From: Desulfatiglandales bacterium
Lineage (GTDB): Bacteria > Desulfobacterota > DSM-4660 > Desulfatiglandales > B25-G16
DNA length: 50,168 bases
Reading direction: 5' to 3'
Assembly (NCBI GenBank): GCA_046498285.1
Contig: JAWOBA010000210.1
Coordinates: forward strand, 1 to 50,168
Of this stretch, positions 1 through 9,052 are shown piece after piece (the stretch's first letter is position 1; each line of letters starts with the position of its first letter). The notes beneath the pieces are model-generated. The model did no database searches, was not told the DNA's origin, and saw only the letters and a program-made list of their open reading frames with translations. A program made the translations under genes and the position numbers.

Positions 1-195
1 TCATCAAATGCTTCGCTAAATTCCAAAAACTCGGCCTAAAGGCCTCAAACCTGCCCGCCATCGCACCCGCTCAGGCGAGGCGGGCGGGCAATTTGTCCCG
101 CTTGCAGCGGGATTAACGCTCAGCATTTCCTGAATCTATTTCCAAAAGTGGCCAAAATCGCTCGCAAAAGACTTTTTACGAGTTTGTCAAAGGTA
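1..195 (-). repeat. Hairpin-rich intergenic repeat, a divergent relative of the GAGACCTTTG-TIR family (cut by the window edge or degenerate at its far end)
   Basis: 148-194 GTGGCCAAAATCGCTCGCAAAAGACTTTTTACGAGTTTGTCAAAGGT parallels the family terminus as seen at 36369-36399 (GGTGAAAATCGCCGGGTTTTTCAAAGGTCTC). The interior is a string of GC-rich hairpins: GGCC-TAAA-GGCC 33-44, TGCCCGCC 52-59 with GGCGGGCA 83-90, and TCCCGC-TTGCA-GCGGGA 96-112. Confidence 0.4.
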
Positions 196-378
196 AAGAT
201 TTAAATAAATGCCATAATCTCAATGTCAAATAATCAGGTTTTGGCATTAAGGCATTTAGAATCCATTTGAAATTTGAATTTTGTCATTTGGATTTTAACT
301 AAGGCAGTGATCTCACGCCATGGTAATTTTCAGGCTGACTTTAAACATGATTTTAAGGTTTATAGTAAACAGAGCAGC

Positions 379-3276
379 ATGTCTTTAACAGATATAGTTA
401 TCAGAGGAGCAAGGCAGCATAACCTTAAGGATATAGATGTCACTATCCCCAGGAACAAATTCGTTGTTATTACCGGATTGTCTGGTTCAGGGAAATCTAC
501 CCTTGCCTTTGACACCATTTATGCTGAGGGGCAGAGGAGATATGTAGAGTCACTTTCCACCTATGCCAGGCAATTTTTAGAGAGGATGGATAAGCCTGAT
601 GTAGATTCCATTGAAGGCCTTTCTCCTGCCATTTCAATACAGAGTCGATCTACCAGTAAAAACCCAAGATCTACAGTAGGTACTGTGACTGAGATTTATG
701 ATTATTTGAGGCTTTTGTTTGCCCGGATTGGCCATCCCTTTTGTCCTCGCTGCAATATTCCCATTACATCCCAGTCTGTCCAGCAGGTTGTAGATAAGGT
801 AATGAACTTTAAGGATGGGAGCAAGATCCAGATCTTGTCCCCATTGGTGGATGGCAGAAAAGGAGAGCACACTAACCTGATCAAGCGATTGAGAAGGGGG
901 GGCTTTGTAAGGGTTGAGATTGATGGGGATATTATGTTGCTTGATTCTGCCATCAATCTGGATAAAAAAAAGAAGCATTCAATCAGGGTAGTTATTGATA
1001 GATTAATAGTAAAAAATACTATCAGAAGAAGGCTTACAGATTCTTTAGAATTGGCATTTACCTTATCAGATGGGTTGGCAATTGTGGATCTCATTGGTGA
1101 TAAAGAGTATCGCTTTAGCCAGAGGGCATCGTGCCCGGTATGCGGTTTTAGCTTCCCACCGCTGACTCCACAGATGTTTTCCTTTAATAATCCCTTAGGT
1201 GCATGTGAGGAATGTGGTGGTCTTGGAATCAAGATGTACTTTGATCCTGATTTAATTGTTCCGGATCCCGATCGCTCCTTGAGAGAGGGAGCGATTGAAC
1301 CATGGGCAGGAAGGCATTCGATATATTTTCACCAGATGCTGGATTCTCTTATTCAGCATTACGAAATTGATTTATACACACCTTTTCGTGAACTCCCAGA
1401 GAAAGTTCAAAAGGCATTTCTCTATGGTTCAGGAAAAGAGGAGGTCAGATTTTATTTTGATAGAGATAACAGGCGACATTTTTATAAAAGGCCTTTTGAG
1501 GGTATTATACCAAATCTCAACCGAAGATACCATGAGACAGATTCTTCTTTTTCCAAGGAATGGATAGAAAGGTTCATGAATATCAGGCCCTGTCCCCAAT
1601 GCAATGGAGCAAGATTAAAAGAAGAAAGCCTTGCGGTAAAGATAGGTGGGAAGTCAATTGCTGAGATAACTGCATTGTTTATTAATAAGGCCCATGAATA
1701 TTTTCAAGACCTAAAGATAAAAGAAAAGGAGGGGATGATAGGTCAACAAATACTCAAGGAGATTACTAAGAGGCTCGGCTTTTTAGAGAGCGTAGGACTT
1801 GATTACATTTCTCTTGATAGGCCAACCTCAACACTTTCGGGTGGAGAAGAGATGCGGATCAGGTTGGCTACTCAAATTGGTTCTTCTCTTTCCGGTGTAT
1901 TGTATGTCTTGGATGAACCGAGTATTGGATTGCATCACAGGGACAATAATAAACTTTTAGAAACACTCAAACGGCTGAAGGAATTGGGTAATACGGTGAT
2001 GGTTGTGGAGCATGATCCTGAAACGATACTTTCAGCAGATTACATTGTAGATATGGGGCCAGGAGCTGGTGAAAACGGTGGGCACGTCGTATTTACAGGC
2101 ACACCTGCTGAGATTGTTAAAGCTCAAAACTCACTCACTGGTGAGTATCTTTCAGGAAAACTCTCCATACCTGTTCCAATCCTTAGAAGAAAAGGCAATG
2201 GTGAGAAAATAGTTATTGAAGGGGCAGCAGAGAATAACCTTAAAAATATTGATGTTACCATTCCTTTGGGAACCTTTACATGTATTACCGGAGTTTCAGG
2301 TTCCGGTAAAAGCAGTTTGATAAACCAGATTCTTTATCCTGCCCTCGCACAAAAATTTTACCATTCAAAGGTAAGAGTTGGTCGAATGAAGAGGATACGG
2401 GGTATGGAGCATTTGGATAAGGTTATTAACATAGACCAGAATCCTATAGGAAGAACACCACGATCTAACCCAGGGACCTATACAGGGGTATTCACACATG
2501 TTCGAGATTTATTCTCCCGCCTGCCAGAAGCCCGGGCCAGGGGCTATAACCCAGGCAGATTTAGCTTTAATGTCGATGCAGGAAGGTGTCAGTCTTGCAA
2601 GGGTGATGGGATTATCAAAATTGAAATGCATTTCCTTCCAGATGTGTATGTTACCTGTGATGTGTGTAAGGGGTTACGGTATAATCGCGATACCCTTGAG
2701 ATACGTTATAAAGGAAAGAACATTGCAGATGTGCTTGATATGACAGTTGCGGAGGCTATGCTATTTTTTTCTCCCATTCCTCAGATTAGGAATAGGTTAG
2801 AGTTATTATTTAACGTTGGGCTTGGATATATAAAAATTGGGCAACCTGCTACTACTCTTTCTGGTGGTGAGGCGCAGAGGATAAAGCTAGCTCGAGAGTT
2901 GGGGAAAAAAAACACGGGAAGAATTCTTTACCTCTTAGATGAACCCACGACCGGACTCCATTTTGCAGACATACAGAAACTCTTGGATGTCTTAAATCAT
3001 TTAGTAGATTTAGGTAACACCGTTATAGTAATAGAGCATAATATGGATATTATTAAGTCGGCTGATTATATCATTGATTTGGGTCCTGAAGGGGGTGACA
3101 AGGGAGGATTTATTGTTGGTTCTGGTTTACCCGAGGAAATCACTATTACTAAGGAATCCTACACAGGGAGGTTTCTAAAAGAAATAATACCTGCAACAAA
3201 CCTTGACAGGAAAAAGGTAGAAGAATATACTCTCTCCGCAAAAATAAGGGAGGGGAGCACCAAGAAAGGGGGATAA
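379..3276 (+). CDS. uvrA: Excinuclease ABC subunit UvrA
   Basis: The ORF opens at TTG 274, but ATG 379 gives the canonical N-terminus [17 protein letters not shown]. Two ABC modules: Walker [10 protein letters not shown] and GVSGSGKSS, and LSGGE signature twice. Several Cys-pair zinc modules (CPRC, CPVC, CEEC, CPQC, CQSC, CDVC). Confidence 0.97.
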   Translation: MSLTDIVIRGARQHNLKDIDVTIPRNKFVVITGLSGSGKSTLAFDTIYAEGQRRYVESLSTYARQFLERMDKPDVDSIEGLSPAISIQSRSTSKNPRSTVGTVTEIYDYLRLLFARIGHPFCPRCNIPITSQSVQQVVDKVMNFKDGSKIQILSPLVDGRKGEHTNLIKRLRRGGFVRVEIDGDIMLLDSAINLDKKKKHSIRVVIDRLIVKNTIRRRLTDSLELAFTLSDGLAIVDLIGDKEYRFSQRASCPVCGFSFPPLTPQMFSFNNPLGACEECGGLGIKMYFDPDLIVPDPDRSLREGAIEPWAGRHSIYFHQMLDSLIQHYEIDLYTPFRELPEKVQKAFLYGSGKEEVRFYFDRDNRRHFYKRPFEGIIPNLNRRYHETDSSFSKEWIERFMNIRPCPQCNGARLKEESLAVKIGGKSIAEITALFINKAHEYFQDLKIKEKEGMIGQQILKEITKRLGFLESVGLDYISLDRPTSTLSGGEEMRIRLATQIGSSLSGVLYVLDEPSIGLHHRDNNKLLETLKRLKELGNTVMVVEHDPETILSADYIVDMGPGAGENGGHVVFTGTPAEIVKAQNSLTGEYLSGKLSIPVPILRRKGNGEKIVIEGAAENNLKNIDVTIPLGTFTCITGVSGSGKSSLINQILYPALAQKFYHSKVRVGRMKRIRGMEHLDKVINIDQNPIGRTPRSNPGTYTGVFTHVRDLFSRLPEARARGYNPGRFSFNVDAGRCQSCKGDGIIKIEMHFLPDVYVTCDVCKGLRYNRDTLEIRYKGKNIADVLDMTVAEAMLFFSPIPQIRNRLELLFNVGLGYIKIGQPATTLSGGEAQRIKLARELGKKNTGRILYLLDEPTTGLHFADIQKLLDVLNHLVDLGNTVIVIEHNMDIIKSADYIIDLGPEGGDKGGFIVGSGLPEEITITKESYTGRFLKEIIPATNLDRKKVEEYTLSAKIREGSTKKGG

Positions 3277-3281
3277 GACTC

Positions 3282-3728
3282 ATGGCAGTTGCAGAGAACA
3301 TTCTTATTTACATAAATACAGGTCCTGATAAGAGATGGAATCATTTTGCAGCCTATACTACTGCTTGGGTGGCGCGAAAGTTTTATAAGGCAAAAAGGGT
3401 AACAATTATGTATGGCCCATATGGAGTATCGATGACTAAGAAAGGTACATTGGCAGGATTTATTATGACAGATGATGTAAAAGAGTTGATTGCCTCTCAG
3501 TTTGATGGGCTAAAGGCCGAAAAATTGCCGGATCATTTAGAACAACTTGCACGGTTTGAAAAGGATAAAATGGGAATATCCATAGTTTCATGTGGTACCT
3601 TTCATGTACTTGATGGGTTTGCAAAGGGAATTGAGGATAGATCACGCATTGAAGACTTTATTGATCCAATTAATGTACAGGATTCCTGTAAAATCATGTT
3701 AGAGGCAGATCAGATCTTGTATTATTAA
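3282..3728 (+). CDS. Small DsrE/DsrF-like (COG2044-type) family protein, function unknown
   Basis: ATG 3282 lies 6 nt after the uvrA stop, preceded by AGGGGGA. The N-terminal pattern ILIYINTGPDKRWNHFAAY and the C-terminal ISIVSCGTF...ADQILYY resemble the DsrE-fold layout (beta-strand plus TGP loop, conserved Cys before the last helix). Family assignment is from memory only. Confidence 0.45.
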   Translation: MAVAENILIYINTGPDKRWNHFAAYTTAWVARKFYKAKRVTIMYGPYGVSMTKKGTLAGFIMTDDVKELIASQFDGLKAEKLPDHLEQLARFEKDKMGISIVSCGTFHVLDGFAKGIEDRSRIEDFIDPINVQDSCKIMLEADQILYY

Positions 3729-3956
3729 GAGGGATGGAACTCCAATTTAGGCAATACAACTAAATTTTGACTAACTCGTAAAAAGCTAATTTATTTCACT
3801 TACAGCATCCTATAAGCAACGGATTCGACTAAGTGAAGAAAAAGAAAAGTAATCACTGATATCAATACATAATCATACAAAAGCAACATACCGATAAAAC
3901 AACTTCGTTGAAAGTCTTTTACGAGCACATCAAATTTTGATTAAAAAAGGATTACA

Positions 3957-6056
3957 ATGAGAGAAATTTTGCAAGATTCAAACATTGTTATTGTTGGTGG
4001 AGGGAGAGTTTGTAAGGCTATCCTGAAAATTGTCCTTGGAGAAAATCTAGTTAATCGGCATATCAACATCCTGGGTGTAGCAGATATAAACGACAGGGCC
4101 CAGGGTTTGGTATATGCAAAAGAGAAAGGGATATACACTACAAGGGACTACAAGGAACTTTTTACTATTAAAAATCTGAATTTAATTATCGAGATAACAG
4201 GAGATAATAATGTCCTAGGGAAACTTAAGAAAATTACGCCAGCAAAAGTACGGCTGATAGATCATTTCGGGGCCATGTCAGTTTGGGATTTTCTTCAAAT
4301 AGAAGAAGCAAGGGTTAAAATTAAGAAGAGTTTAGGAAAGTATATAACCGAGCCGGAGAGAATTAAAATAGAGTTTGATCTTTTCTCCCAGCAGCTTGCC
4401 GAGATTGTGGAGGAAAGGACGAGGCATTTACAAACAGTAGAAAAGGAGCTGGTTGAGAGGGAAAAGGCCTTATCACAGATTATCCAGGGAAATACAATCC
4501 CTACCTTTGTCATAAACAAAGACCATATTGTTACACACTGGAACATTGCCTGCGAGAGGTTAACCGGCTATAAGGCTGAGGAGATAGTGGGGACCAATAA
4601 ACAATGGTTGCCTTTCAGGGGAGAAGAAAGACCAATCATGGCCGATGTTATAGTAGATGAAATGAAGGAAAAAGAAATAAAGAAATATTATGGGCATACC
4701 TGGAGGAGTTCAGCCCTTATCGAGGGCGCTTATGAGGCAGAGGACTTTTTTCCGCATATAGGCGAAAAAGGCAGATGGCTTTTTTTTACAGCCGCACCGA
4801 TAAAAGGTTCTAATGGAGAAACTATAGGCTCAATTGAAACACTTTGGGATACAACGGAGCGTAAGGAGGCTCAGGAGGCACTGCAGAGAGCACATGATGA
4901 GCTGGAAATGCGAGTGGAAGAAAGAACAGCAGAACTCAAAAAGGTGAATGAGGAATTACGCAGGTCGGAGGAGAAATACAAGACCCTATTTGATACCACT
5001 CCGAACCCTATTTTTATCATGAATAGACATAGCTTTAAGATTATCGATGTAAATGCAACCGCCTTAAGTTCTTATCAGCAATCAAGAGAGGAATTATTAG
5101 AAAAGACATTTTTTGATCTATTATTTGAAGAAGATGCTGACCTTGAAGAAGGTTTAAAAAACCTCATTGACAATCAAGCTGTCTTTTATCCGAGAAGGAG
5201 ACATATCAGAAAGGGAGGAGAACCCTTTTATGTAAATATTGTGGCTGTTGCATGTCATGCGAAGCATATGGGCATGGATAGTGTGATAGCAACAACTACT
5301 GATATCAACGAGAATGTAGAAAAAGAGTCACAGTTAGTGCAGGCCAGTAAACTGGCTACGCTGGGGACTCTTGCCTCAGGGATGGCACATGAGTTAACCC
5401 AACCCTTGAATGTGATTCAGGTTGCAAGTGATTTCTTTTTGAAGAAATTAAAAAAAGGGCAAAAAATTTCCAATGATGAGTTGAGCGCTATGGCTGAAGA
5501 AATTGGGAGCCACGTAGACAGGGCCTCAAAAGTAATTAGGCACATGAGAGAATTTGCCAGGCAATCTGACCTAACCAGAACTGAGTTAGATATAAATGAA
5601 CCCATTAAAGACGTATTTAAGGTTTTGGGCCAACAATTAAGGGTGCACCAGATAAGCGTTGAACTTGATCTTGATCCACATCTACCTTACATCATGGCAG
5701 ATCACAACCGGCTGGAGCAGGTCTTTATTAATTTAGTAACTAATGCCATGTATGCGATGGACGATAAGGGTTTGAGGTGGGGCAATAAGAAATGGGAGAG
5801 ATTGCTGAAAATAAGATCGTTCTCGAATGATGATAATGTTGTGGTTACAGTATCTGATACAGGCAAAGGCATTCCAAAAGAGATAATTGATAAAATATTT
5901 GAACCTTTTTTTACCACCCGAAAAGTAGGACAGGGAACAGGATTAGGGATGAGTATCAGTTATAGAATTATTAGTGATTATGGTGGTACAATTGAGATAG
6001 AAAGCGAAGTAGACAAAAGTACCACCTTCACATTAAAATTTCCTCGTGTGGAATGA
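3957..6056 (+). CDS. Sensor histidine kinase: N-terminal Rossmann-like domain, two PAS-like segments, HisKA and HATPase
   Basis: N-terminus NIVIVGGGRVCKAILKIV...ILGVADIN (GxGxxG-like). PAS-like segments around IPTFVINKDHIVTHWN and PNPIFIMNRHSFKIIDVN. H-box MAHELTQPLN. ATPase boxes NLVTNAMYAM, DTGKGIP, GTGLGMSIS. RBS AAGGA before the ATG. Confidence 0.9.
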   Translation: MREILQDSNIVIVGGGRVCKAILKIVLGENLVNRHINILGVADINDRAQGLVYAKEKGIYTTRDYKELFTIKNLNLIIEITGDNNVLGKLKKITPAKVRLIDHFGAMSVWDFLQIEEARVKIKKSLGKYITEPERIKIEFDLFSQQLAEIVEERTRHLQTVEKELVEREKALSQIIQGNTIPTFVINKDHIVTHWNIACERLTGYKAEEIVGTNKQWLPFRGEERPIMADVIVDEMKEKEIKKYYGHTWRSSALIEGAYEAEDFFPHIGEKGRWLFFTAAPIKGSNGETIGSIETLWDTTERKEAQEALQRAHDELEMRVEERTAELKKVNEELRRSEEKYKTLFDTTPNPIFIMNRHSFKIIDVNATALSSYQQSREELLEKTFFDLLFEEDADLEEGLKNLIDNQAVFYPRRRHIRKGGEPFYVNIVAVACHAKHMGMDSVIATTTDINENVEKESQLVQASKLATLGTLASGMAHELTQPLNVIQVASDFFLKKLKKGQKISNDELSAMAEEIGSHVDRASKVIRHMREFARQSDLTRTELDINEPIKDVFKVLGQQLRVHQISVELDLDPHLPYIMADHNRLEQVFINLVTNAMYAMDDKGLRWGNKKWERLLKIRSFSNDDNVVVTVSDTGKGIPKEIIDKIFEPFFTTRKVGQGTGLGMSISYRIISDYGGTIEIESEVDKSTTFTLKFPRVE

Positions 6057-6062
6057 CAGATA

Positions 6063-7601
6063 ATGTCTAAACTTTTAATCATAGATGATGAAGAAGGGAT
6101 CAGAAAGGTTCTATCCCTTTCCCTTGAAAGCGATGGATATGTCGTATTCACAGCATCAGGAGGAGAAGAGGGTATTGATATATTTAAGAATGAATCGCCA
6201 TCTATAATCTTAACAGATATAAAGATGCCAGGTATGGATGGGATAGAGACATTGAAGCGAATCAAGGAATTGAATTCTGATGCCGAGGTTATAATGATAA
6301 CGGGCCATGGGGACATGGATTTAGCTATAGAGGCCCTTAAACTCGATGCATCAGATTTCCTTAACAAGCCCATAAAGGATGAGGCACTTTCTGTTGCTCT
6401 GAAGAGAGCGACAGAAAGGATAATAATGAAGCAAAAACTTAAGGCATATACAGATGACCTTGAGCGAATGGTCAGCATTGCTACAGAGGAGGTAAAACGG
6501 AGAGCTGAGTTTCAGAATAAACTCATTACATCTTCAAATGATGCCATTATTGCTACAGATGAGAAGGGTGATATTATTATCTATAATCAAGGTGCAGAAA
6601 GGATATTTGGATATCATCGTTCCGAAATAATTAGAAAGAAAAATATTGATGCGCTTTATCCACAGGAAATAGCCTCAGAATTCAATTCCGGATTAGAAAT
6701 GGAAGGCTCCGTCGATCTATCGAAGTGGAGGGAGATAGATATCCTTACCAAGAATAAACAGACTGTTCCTACAAGATTTTCAGGATCTATTCTCTATGCA
6801 GAAGATGAGGTTGTGGGGTGCGTTGGTTTTTTTCAGGATTTGCGAGAGATAAAAAGGCTGCAGAAAGAATTGATTACATCTGAGCGATTATCTGCCACCG
6901 GACAAACAGTTGCAGGTCTTGCCCATTATATCAAGAATATTTTAAGTGGGCTTAAAGGTGGCACCTATGTATTAAATGTTGCGCTTGACAAAGATGATAC
7001 AGATAAGATAAAAGGCGGCTGGGCGATGATAGAGAATAATGTTGGAAGGATATCAGATTTAGTTCTTGATTTGCTTGCTTACTCTAAGGAGCGTAAACCA
7101 GAAAAAGAGAATTGTTTTCCTAATGAGATTGTAAAAGATGTGTATGCACTTATGCAATCAAAGGCGAAAGAGAACAATATTGAAATAGAAACAGACCTTG
7201 ATCCTTTATTAGGCGAGGTATTTATGGATCCAAAGGCTATCCATAGATCTCTATTAAATCTAATTTCCAATGCTGTCGATGCCTGCATCTTTGATTCTAC
7301 ATCGAAGAAACAATGGAAGATTAAAGTAGCTACAGCAATTGAGGGAGATCATATACTCAAATTTAGGGTTGCTGATAACGGTATGGGCATGGATGAACAG
7401 ACAAAAGAGAAAATTTTTTCCTCTCTTTACAGCACGAAAGGGGAGCAAGGGACTGGATTGGGACTATTAGTAACAGAGAAAATAATCAAGGAGAATGGAG
7501 GAGAAATTAATGTAGCATCTGAGGTAGGAAATGGGACTACATTTACTATCTCCTTGCCATATCAAGAGAAAGTAGAAACGGAAGCAGCTAATAAACAGTA
7601 A
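6063..7601 (+). CDS. Hybrid REC-PAS-histidine kinase
   Basis: Receiver domain at the N-terminus (LIIDDEEGIR, IILTDIKMPGMDG, FLNKP). PAS-like segment (SSNDAIIATDEKGDIIIYNQ). H-box LAHYIKNIL. ATPase boxes NLISNAVDA, DNGMGMD, GTGLGL. Confidence 0.9.
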   Translation: MSKLLIIDDEEGIRKVLSLSLESDGYVVFTASGGEEGIDIFKNESPSIILTDIKMPGMDGIETLKRIKELNSDAEVIMITGHGDMDLAIEALKLDASDFLNKPIKDEALSVALKRATERIIMKQKLKAYTDDLERMVSIATEEVKRRAEFQNKLITSSNDAIIATDEKGDIIIYNQGAERIFGYHRSEIIRKKNIDALYPQEIASEFNSGLEMEGSVDLSKWREIDILTKNKQTVPTRFSGSILYAEDEVVGCVGFFQDLREIKRLQKELITSERLSATGQTVAGLAHYIKNILSGLKGGTYVLNVALDKDDTDKIKGGWAMIENNVGRISDLVLDLLAYSKERKPEKENCFPNEIVKDVYALMQSKAKENNIEIETDLDPLLGEVFMDPKAIHRSLLNLISNAVDACIFDSTSKKQWKIKVATAIEGDHILKFRVADNGMGMDEQTKEKIFSSLYSTKGEQGTGLGLLVTEKIIKENGGEINVASEVGNGTTFTISLPYQEKVETEAANKQ

Positions 7602-7750
7602 GAAGGAGCCGGAGGCAAGTTTTGTACTATCTGCTAGTTGTCTGATGTGTTTTCATGCAACAATTTCCAGCCCGCCGAGCAGATGAAAGCGTTACTGGCA
7701 GGTAAAAAACACAATAAACCCGACAGACTTTATTAAAGGGAGGATTTAAT

Positions 7751-8143
7751 ATGGCCAAAAAGGTGCTTAATGTTGAAGATGATGCCGATACCAGAACATT
7801 TGTTTCAACTGTTCTGGAAGAAAATGGTTATATACCAGTTATGGCGACAGATGGTGAAGAGGGCATGGAGAAAATAAAAGCAGATAAACCTGATCTCATT
7901 ATCCTGGATATATTGATGCCAAGAGAGAGCGGTATTAAGATGTATCATGAATTAAAGCTCGACAAATCCTTGAAAGGTATTCCGGTTATTATGCTCTCTG
8001 GTGTTTCTAAAAGGACATTTCTAAGATCCCAGGCAGCTCTAACTGAATTTGGTGATGACACCGTGCCAGAACCCCAGGCGTATCTTGAAAAACCAGTTGA
8101 GCCGGAAGATTTGGCTGAAGCAGTAAAGAAAATTTTAGGCTGA
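7751..8143 (+). CDS. Stand-alone receiver-domain response regulator (no output domain)
   Basis: 130 aa. Motifs VEDDADT, DLIILDILMP, LSG, YLEKP. Strong RBS GGGAGGA. Paralog of 25683-26072. Confidence 0.9.
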   Translation: MAKKVLNVEDDADTRTFVSTVLEENGYIPVMATDGEEGMEKIKADKPDLIILDILMPRESGIKMYHELKLDKSLKGIPVIMLSGVSKRTFLRSQAALTEFGDDTVPEPQAYLEKPVEPEDLAEAVKKILG

Positions 8144-8171
8144 TCCACCTTAAGGGAGGGCGGAAGATATT

Positions 8172-9050
8172 ATGAAAATCAGAAAGATGCTTTTTGTTTC
8201 AGAATTTGATGAGCTATGGTTAGACGCCTTACAGTCATTAATGTCGCTCAGAAAGGTAGGCATGAATAATGTGGTTTTTCTCCATGTAATATCCAGGGAT
8301 AAAGTAGCCATGAGGAGAGGGAGTGGTTATCTAAAGCAAGAAGAACGTAAGCTAAAAGAGATGGCTGATATTCGGTTCATTGATTGGGCGGAAACATTAT
8401 TTGAGGAAGGGATGGAGGTTGTGGCCCATATAGCCATTGGGAATATAGTCCCTAAAATCCTTTCTGTTACTGAAATTGAAAATGTAGATTTGATTGTCAC
8501 TGCTCGCCATAAAAGGGCTAAGTTTGAGGAACTTTATGCCGGCTCGGAAATATCAGACCTTCTCAGAAGATCAGTTAAGCCGGTTTTGATATACAATTAC
8601 CTATCACAGTCTAGAAATGTTGGTGATAACCCATTTGAGAGGCTCCTTTTAGGGCTTGATTGGTCAGTATCTTCCGAAAAGGTTCTTGACTATGTCCTTG
8701 CTTTGCAAGGTGCAGTGAAGAGGGTTGATGTCATTCATGTGATGCATGAAAAGGCTGTTGCCAAAACATCCAAGATGGAGGCTCAGAAACTGGAGAGGGA
8801 TAATAAAAAGAGATTAGATAGAGTATGTGATCTCCTTGTTAATGAAAGATTTGACGCACGACCTCATCTTTATATTGGTAAAACTGAAGAACAGATTGAA
8901 AAGGCGGCATCTGAGCACAGGGCTACCATGATGGTTCTAGGGACAAAAAAGAGAAGTATCTGGAAGGAAAAATGGACAGGAAGTGTATCGCACAGCCTGG
9001 CCGATAAAGCGGACTTACCTGTTTTGATTGTACCGTCTGAGGTTAAATAA
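8172..9050 (+). CDS. Tandem universal stress protein (UspA-like) domain protein
   Basis: 292 aa with two USP-like halves, each ending in a ...P(V/L)L(I/V) strand (KPVLIYN, LPVLIVP). The N-terminus MKIRKMLFVSEFDELWLDALQSLMSLRK is paralogous to 21060-21905. RBS GGGAGGG. Confidence 0.85.
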   Translation: MKIRKMLFVSEFDELWLDALQSLMSLRKVGMNNVVFLHVISRDKVAMRRGSGYLKQEERKLKEMADIRFIDWAETLFEEGMEVVAHIAIGNIVPKILSVTEIENVDLIVTARHKRAKFEELYAGSEISDLLRRSVKPVLIYNYLSQSRNVGDNPFERLLLGLDWSVSSEKVLDYVLALQGAVKRVDVIHVMHEKAVAKTSKMEAQKLERDNKKRLDRVCDLLVNERFDARPHLYIGKTEEQIEKAASEHRATMMVLGTKKRSIWKEKWTGSVSHSLADKADLPVLIVPSEVK

Positions 9051-9052
9051 TA

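Noticed and set aside
274-378. N-terminal extension of uvrA from TTG 274
   Set aside because: The extension ([19 protein letters not shown]...) has no UvrA counterpart. ATG 379 gives the canonical [17 protein letters not shown] start.
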